Positions 59,754 to 64,000 of a stretch of DNA of 64,000 nucleotides are shown piece after piece; position 1 is the stretch's first letter, and each line of letters starts with the position of its first letter. Under the pieces are notes generated by a model, which did no database searches, was not told where the DNA came from, and saw only the letters and a list, made by a program, of their open reading frames with translations. Origin of the DNA: Candidatus Methanomethylicia archaeon (GTDB lineage Archaea; Thermoproteota; Methanomethylicia; Nezhaarchaeales; B40-G2); NCBI GenBank assembly GCA_029259155.1, contig JAPDJI010000001.1:57377-121376 (forward strand). The letters are read 5' to 3'. Both the position numbers and the translations under genes were made by a program.

Positions 59754-61097
59754 ATGTTGGATGTGTTGGTAGTAGGTGCTGGAACGGGAGGCTGCTTAGC
59801 TGCTAGGAGAGCAGCTGAGTTAGGGCTTAAGGTCTTAATTATAGAGCAGAAACAGCTGGCATGTATAGGGGATAAGGTCTGCGGCGATGCTATTGGTAGG
59901 CACCACTTTGAGGATTTAGGTTTAACCCCACCTAGAGGAGAAGAGCTGGTTAATGAGATTAAAGGAATCGAGGTTTACTCTCCTGACAGGTCTACTGTGT
60001 TTAGGGTTGAGAGTGAGAGCCTACATGGCTACATGGTTAACCGAAGAGCTTTCGGGGCAAGATTGTTGAGAGAAGCTTTAGACGCGGGGGCGGAGCTGCT
60101 AGATGCATCGACAGCCCTCGACTTGTTGATTAAGGGTGGATATGCGAAAGGGGTGAAGGTTAGAGACAAGTACGGTGAATTAAAGGAAGTAGAAGCCAAA
60201 GTGGTGGTGGATGCTACAGGCTACCCAGCCACGCTTAGGAGAAGAGTTCCTGCTGATTGGTTAATGGAACCTTCACCACTCGAGGACTATGTGGTATGTC
60301 ATCGTGAGATAAGAAAGCTGAATGAACCTTTAGAGAAGCCTAGTTACTGTAAAATCTACCTGAACCAAGAGGCCTCACCAGGAGGTTACATCTGGGTCTT
60401 TCCTAGAGGTTTTCATGAAGTAAACACTGGGCTGGGCGTACAAGCCGGGAGAGGCCTTAATCCGCGAAGGTTGTTCTATGAACACGTTATCGGCAACCTG
60501 CTTCCCTCCAACTCAACGATTATGCATGCTGGAGGGGGTGTGGTACCTACTCGAAGACCTTTAACAAGCTTGGTGGGCGATGGCTTCTTAGTGGTAGGTG
60601 ACGCGGCTTACCAGGCCAACCCTATCCATGGAGGTGGCATAGGGCCTTCCATGAGAGCCGGAGCCTTGGCGGCTGAGGCTATAGCCGAGGCGCTTGACGC
60701 TGACGATGTCAGCCGGAGAGGACTTTGGAGCTATCCTCTAAAGTATAATACCGTTTACGGCCATAAGCAGGCCTCTCTAGACGCGTTTAGGATCTTTTTG
60801 CAGACGCTCAATAACGATGAATTAAACTGGGGGATGAAAATCCGTCTGATAACTGAACGCGATCTTCTTATGGCTAGCATGGGAGGTGAGCTTAAAGTAA
60901 GATTCACTGATAAAGCATTAAGGCTTCTCCGAGGTATAGGTAAACTGAGGCTCCTTACTAAGCTTAGAATCACCGCGAGGGCCATGAAGAGGCTTAGATA
61001 CCTCTACTTAAATTACCCCAGCCCGGAAGATATTGAAAAATGGAAGGCTGAGGTCGAAAAAGTCTTTGTAGAACTTAAGAGAGGCTTAGCACCTTAA
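59754..61097 (+). CDS. Geranylgeranyl reductase family (DGGGPL reductase-like)
   Basis: [25 protein letters not shown] and GDAA...NPIHGGGI motifs. Confidence 0.87.
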   Translation: MLDVLVVGAGTGGCLAARRAAELGLKVLIIEQKQLACIGDKVCGDAIGRHHFEDLGLTPPRGEELVNEIKGIEVYSPDRSTVFRVESESLHGYMVNRRAFGARLLREALDAGAELLDASTALDLLIKGGYAKGVKVRDKYGELKEVEAKVVVDATGYPATLRRRVPADWLMEPSPLEDYVVCHREIRKLNEPLEKPSYCKIYLNQEASPGGYIWVFPRGFHEVNTGLGVQAGRGLNPRRLFYEHVIGNLLPSNSTIMHAGGGVVPTRRPLTSLVGDGFLVVGDAAYQANPIHGGGIGPSMRAGALAAEAIAEALDADDVSRRGLWSYPLKYNTVYGHKQASLDAFRIFLQTLNNDELNWGMKIRLITERDLLMASMGGELKVRFTDKALRLLRGIGKLRLLTKLRITARAMKRLRYLYLNYPSPEDIEKWKAEVEKVFVELKRGLAP

Positions 61098-61993
61098 TCA
61101 TAGCTAACTAATACTCCTTCGCGAGGGTTTCTTGTAAGTCTACTGAACTCCTCCATTAACCGCCGCGTCACAGGCCCAAGCTTACCGTCACCTATAGGTC
61201 TACCATTAATCATGGTTATAGGCATAACCTCGGCTGCCGTACCGGTGACGAAGACTTCATCGGCCGTATAGAGCTCGGTCACGGTAATGTCTTTTTCCAC
61301 CAATTTGATGCCTAATTCCTCGCAGAGCTCGATCACTCTATTCCTTGTTATCCCTGGCAGGATGCCTGCCGTACGTGGAGGCGTATAGACGACGCCATTC
61401 TTCACTATGAATATGTTGTCGCCGGTGCCTTCGGATACGAAGCCCCGATGATCAAGCATGATTGCTTCGTCAGCTCCTGCAGCGCTAGCCTCTATCTTCG
61501 CCAAGATGCTGTTTAAGTAGTTTAGAGTCTTAGCTTCATGGCTAGTGGCGTCTACAGGATCCCTCCTAACCGAGGATATTATAGCTGTAAGCCCTCTTTC
61601 CTTAGCCTCTGTCCTGTAAATTTGTATTACGTCGGCTATTATTATCACACTGGGCTTAGGGCACATCCTTGGATCTAGGCCTAGGTCTCCTACACCTCGG
61701 GTTACTACAATCCTGACGTAGCCGTTCTTAATCCTGTTGATCCTTAGAGTTTCCACCACTGCATTTACCATTTCCTCCTTCGTCATAGGGATGTCGAGCT
61801 TAATGACCTTGGCGCTATCAAAAAGCCTATCAACGTGTTCTTTAAGCTTGAACACTAGCCCATCATACACTCTTATGCCCTCGAATACTCCATCGCCATA
61901 AAGCAAGCCATGGTCGAAGACCGAGATTTTAGCTTCGCTGGCCGGGTAGAATTTTCCATCAATATAGACTAGCTTCTCGCTGTTCGAGGCCAT
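61094..61993 (-). CDS. ilvE: Branched-chain amino acid aminotransferase
   Basis: [31 protein letters not shown] and GTAAE motifs. Confidence 0.93.
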   Translation of the reverse strand: MASNSEKLVYIDGKFYPASEAKISVFDHGLLYGDGVFEGIRVYDGLVFKLKEHVDRLFDSAKVIKLDIPMTKEEMVNAVVETLRINRIKNGYVRIVVTRGVGDLGLDPRMCPKPSVIIIADVIQIYRTEAKERGLTAIISSVRRDPVDATSHEAKTLNYLNSILAKIEASAAGADEAIMLDHRGFVSEGTGDNIFIVKNGVVYTPPRTAGILPGITRNRVIELCEELGIKLVEKDITVTELYTADEVFVTGTAAEVMPITMINGRPIGDGKLGPVTRRLMEEFSRLTRNPREGVLVSYD

Positions 61994-62178
61994 GTTAGAC
62001 GCCTCCTAGGTAGCCTCCCTATTATAGTGCGCGTTAAGGTATAAGGGGTTTCATGGATCTGTGCCTATCCTTCTAGGAAAAGGTTGCTTTCATAACCCTG
62101 CTCGCTGCGAGCCTGTTAGATGATAGGTAGCCCACCTTAGCGAAAAACTTTTACTATCCTTGCCTTAACCCCACTATC

Positions 62179-62280
62179 GGGCCCGTAGCGCAGCACGGAT
62201 GCTATAAGCCGTAGAGCGCAGCGGCCTCCTATCTTCGTGGGGAAAGCCGTCGGTCGTGGGTTCAAATCCCACCGGGCCCG
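62179..62280 (+). tRNA. tRNA-Arg(CCT) with two introns (D-loop and canonical 37/38); CCA not encoded
   Basis: Acceptor GGGCCCG/CGGGCCC; D stem GCGC/GCGC with about 14 extra nt; anticodon arm GCGGC-CT-CCT-A[about 13 nt]A-GCCGT; T arm GTGGG-TTCAAAT-CCCAC. Confidence 0.85.
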
Positions 62281-62341
62281 CTCCTAACTGAGTGCAAATC
62301 CTTCATATATGAGCTGTGCGTTCTTTAAATCCTGACTGGAA

Positions 62342-62455
62342 ATGCAGGTAGGCAAGTATTCATCGTTGCTTAGGGACCCTCAGCTTAAGCGTTGGCATGC
62401 TAACTTAGCTAGGGGAAGCCCTACGACTGCTGAGGTTGCTTTAAGAAGGCTATAG
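62342..62455 (+). pseudogene. N-terminal stub of an archaeal tyrosine integrase
   Basis: MQVGKYSSLLRDPQLKRWHANLARGSPTTAEVALRRL* resembles, from recall, the N-terminus of tRNA-adjacent archaeal integrases; about 60 bp from the tRNA 3' end. Confidence 0.6.
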
Positions 62456-62621
62456 GCTTTGCGAGAATCATTGCTGCCCCTGCAATCATTATTGAGCCAA
62501 AAATTATCAAGCCCTTTGTTTTTTCCTCTTCCTCGCCAAAAATAAGCTTCATAGAATACGCTAACAGAACAAGCCAAACTATGAATGGTGTAGCCGTTAA
62601 CAGGGCAAGCAAGTCTTGCAA
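62421..62621 (-). CDS. Small two-TM protein (possible VirB2/TrbC-like pilin fragment)
   Basis: Two hydrophobic helices joined by an EEEEKTK loop; 3' end runs into the integrase stub. Confidence 0.4.
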   Translation of the reverse strand: MQDLLALLTATPFIVWLVLLAYSMKLIFGEEEEKTKGLIIFGSIMIAGAAMILAKPIAFLKQPQQS

Positions 62622-62729
62622 CCTGTAACACCAGAAAATATTGGAGGCAGCCTAACACCTTTAAAGCGTTCAAGCCTTTTTGGCTGTTAGCTTAAATACC
62701 TCAAAGTATACTTAGATTATGAGGACAAG

Positions 62730-63278
62730 ATGAGAATAAGTCTGGCTGAGCTTTTCCCATGCAAGCTGGATAGGGAAGCTGAGAGGCTTATTGAAGAGTT
62801 TAGAAGGATGGTTAAGTGGTGGATTAAAAAAGCCCAAGAACTGCCAAAAACCCTAAGCTACCAAGAGTTTAGAAAAAGGTTTTACAGGGAGTGGAAGGAA
62901 GAGTGGATGGACTGGAATACTCAACACGCCCACACAAGCAGCATGCTCGCATACTCGCTGACAAGAGCCTACAAGCCTCCAAGAATGAGAGAAAAACCTG
63001 AAAGGCTGAAGCTTAGAATGCCTCTTGCACTCATCCACTACTGGGCTGTAAGGCTTGAAGATGGAGGGCTAACAATACCAACAAAAAACGGGAGAAAAGC
63101 CTACGTTAAACTTGAACCTAGAAGCAGACACCAGCAGAAACTTCTAAGCCAGACGGAGAAAGGTCTATGGAAGATTGGACAGGTAACACTAACACCGAAA
63201 TGGGCAATAATCTCATTTGTGAGAGAAGTAAATCTGACAGAAGAGAGGCATCCAGAAATAGAGGAACTCCTTACCTAA
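62730..63278 (+). CDS. TnpB-like N-terminal (WED/REC) protein lacking RuvC
   Basis: LIEEFRRMV..WI, FRKRFY, LTIPT...AYVKL and WKIGQVTLT..WAIISFVREV; no GIDxG or Zn finger follows. Confidence 0.5.
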   Translation: MRISLAELFPCKLDREAERLIEEFRRMVKWWIKKAQELPKTLSYQEFRKRFYREWKEEWMDWNTQHAHTSSMLAYSLTRAYKPPRMREKPERLKLRMPLALIHYWAVRLEDGGLTIPTKNGRKAYVKLEPRSRHQQKLLSQTEKGLWKIGQVTLTPKWAIISFVREVNLTEERHPEIEELLT

Positions 63279-63394
63279 ACTTCCCTTTTATAATGGGATG
63301 GAAAAATACCGCTAACTACAAATAGACCTAGACAGTTAAGAAATTAATGAATCATTGTTGGGTTTGACCATGTTTTGTGGAGGTTTAGGTTTAC

Positions 63395-63829
63395 ATGTCT
63401 GATGCCTTTAAACGTCTTATGCTTTTTCTTTTTGATGGTGAAGATTTGAACCGTGAGGCTAGAAGACTCCTGTGTAGGCTTATGGTTAAACTTGGAAATG
63501 TTGATGTTAAAAGCTTTATTTCTAGTTTAATTGTTAAAGCCAAAACTTATGGTGTATGGAAAAGACTAAAAAAGCTTAGTAAAGCATTCTTAAAAGCAAT
63601 ATTAGAGGCAGAAATAAAATTTAAAAACCAAACACTCCTAGAAACACTAGCCAAACAAGTTAAAGAAATCCTAAAAATGTTAGGCTCAAAGATAAAATAT
63701 TTTCTTAAAGGCTACAAGATAGCCTACCAAGTTTGTGAAATAGCCAAAAAATGGGGAAACCCAAACACATCAAAATGGATAGAAAATCCATCATACAGCA
63801 TAATCTGGGGAATGTTCATAGATAATTAA
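63395..63829 (+). CDS. Hypothetical protein in AT-rich island
   Basis: 144-aa ORF with GGAGG upstream; KAKTYGVW...AKKWGNP..SKW. Confidence 0.55.
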   Translation: MSDAFKRLMLFLFDGEDLNREARRLLCRLMVKLGNVDVKSFISSLIVKAKTYGVWKRLKKLSKAFLKAILEAEIKFKNQTLLETLAKQVKEILKMLGSKIKYFLKGYKIAYQVCEIAKKWGNPNTSKWIENPSYSIIWGMFIDN

Positions 63830-64000
63830 CGCTCTCCACGGCTAAAATGAAAATAGTTTAGTTGAAAAATTGGTTTTGTTTAAACCCTATAATACTGATG
63901 AGGATGTTTGGAGAGAATTATTAGGTAGATTAATGCATGTTAGGATGTTGCTAAATTCTGGAAGCTAACATCTACATGAGTGTAGGGGAAAAGTAGGAAT

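Larger units (their letters stand above)
62281..64000. mobile_element. Decayed tRNA-anchored integrated element/genomic island, continuing beyond the window
   Basis: Integrase stub, visibly more A/T-rich sequence, TnpB-like and orphan ORFs. Confidence 0.6.

Noticed and set aside
760-60985. Many antisense or nested ORFs in the track (e.g. 760-1107, 7162-7578, 12118-12477, 39969-41063, 47604-48662, 57418-58416)
   Set aside because: They shadow well-supported genes, are Ser/Thr/Pro-biased and have no motifs
63895-63930. CTGATGAG as a hammerhead ribozyme core
   Set aside because: No stem II followed by GAAA and no flanking stems
1-64000. CRISPR array or rRNA
   Set aside because: No regularly spaced repeats or rRNA-like tracts seen

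Overview
Gene-dense archaeal chromosome segment. TBP, Rpo6, eS31, archaeal ThrRS, tetraether synthase and an arcadin-1 homologue point to Thermoproteota/TACK. Mer plus an mptA-mptE-mptD-dmrX/citG cluster imply H4MPT-linked C1 metabolism, so a Nezhaarchaeales/Bathyarchaeia-like lineage is plausible (inference only). Most of the window is housekeeping: CoA, purine, pyrimidine, methanopterin and lipid synthesis. Accessory parts are two type IV pilin/adhesin loci with nonsense and frameshift lesions, and a tRNA-Arg(CCT) with two introns followed by a decayed AT-rich island carrying an integrase stub and a TnpB-like protein with no RuvC domain. The best candidate for an undescribed system is an unannotated 22-aa peptide ending ...PVRLWLP (Trp third from the C-terminus, as in ComX). 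It lies divergent from an MFS-fold membrane protein next to a wHTH-MinD pair. About 29 kb away, an atypical ComQ-like prenyltransferase lies divergent from a TackOD1-like output protein. Together these could form an archaeal prenylated-peptide signalling system. All family assignments come from motifs recognised by eye; no database searches were run.
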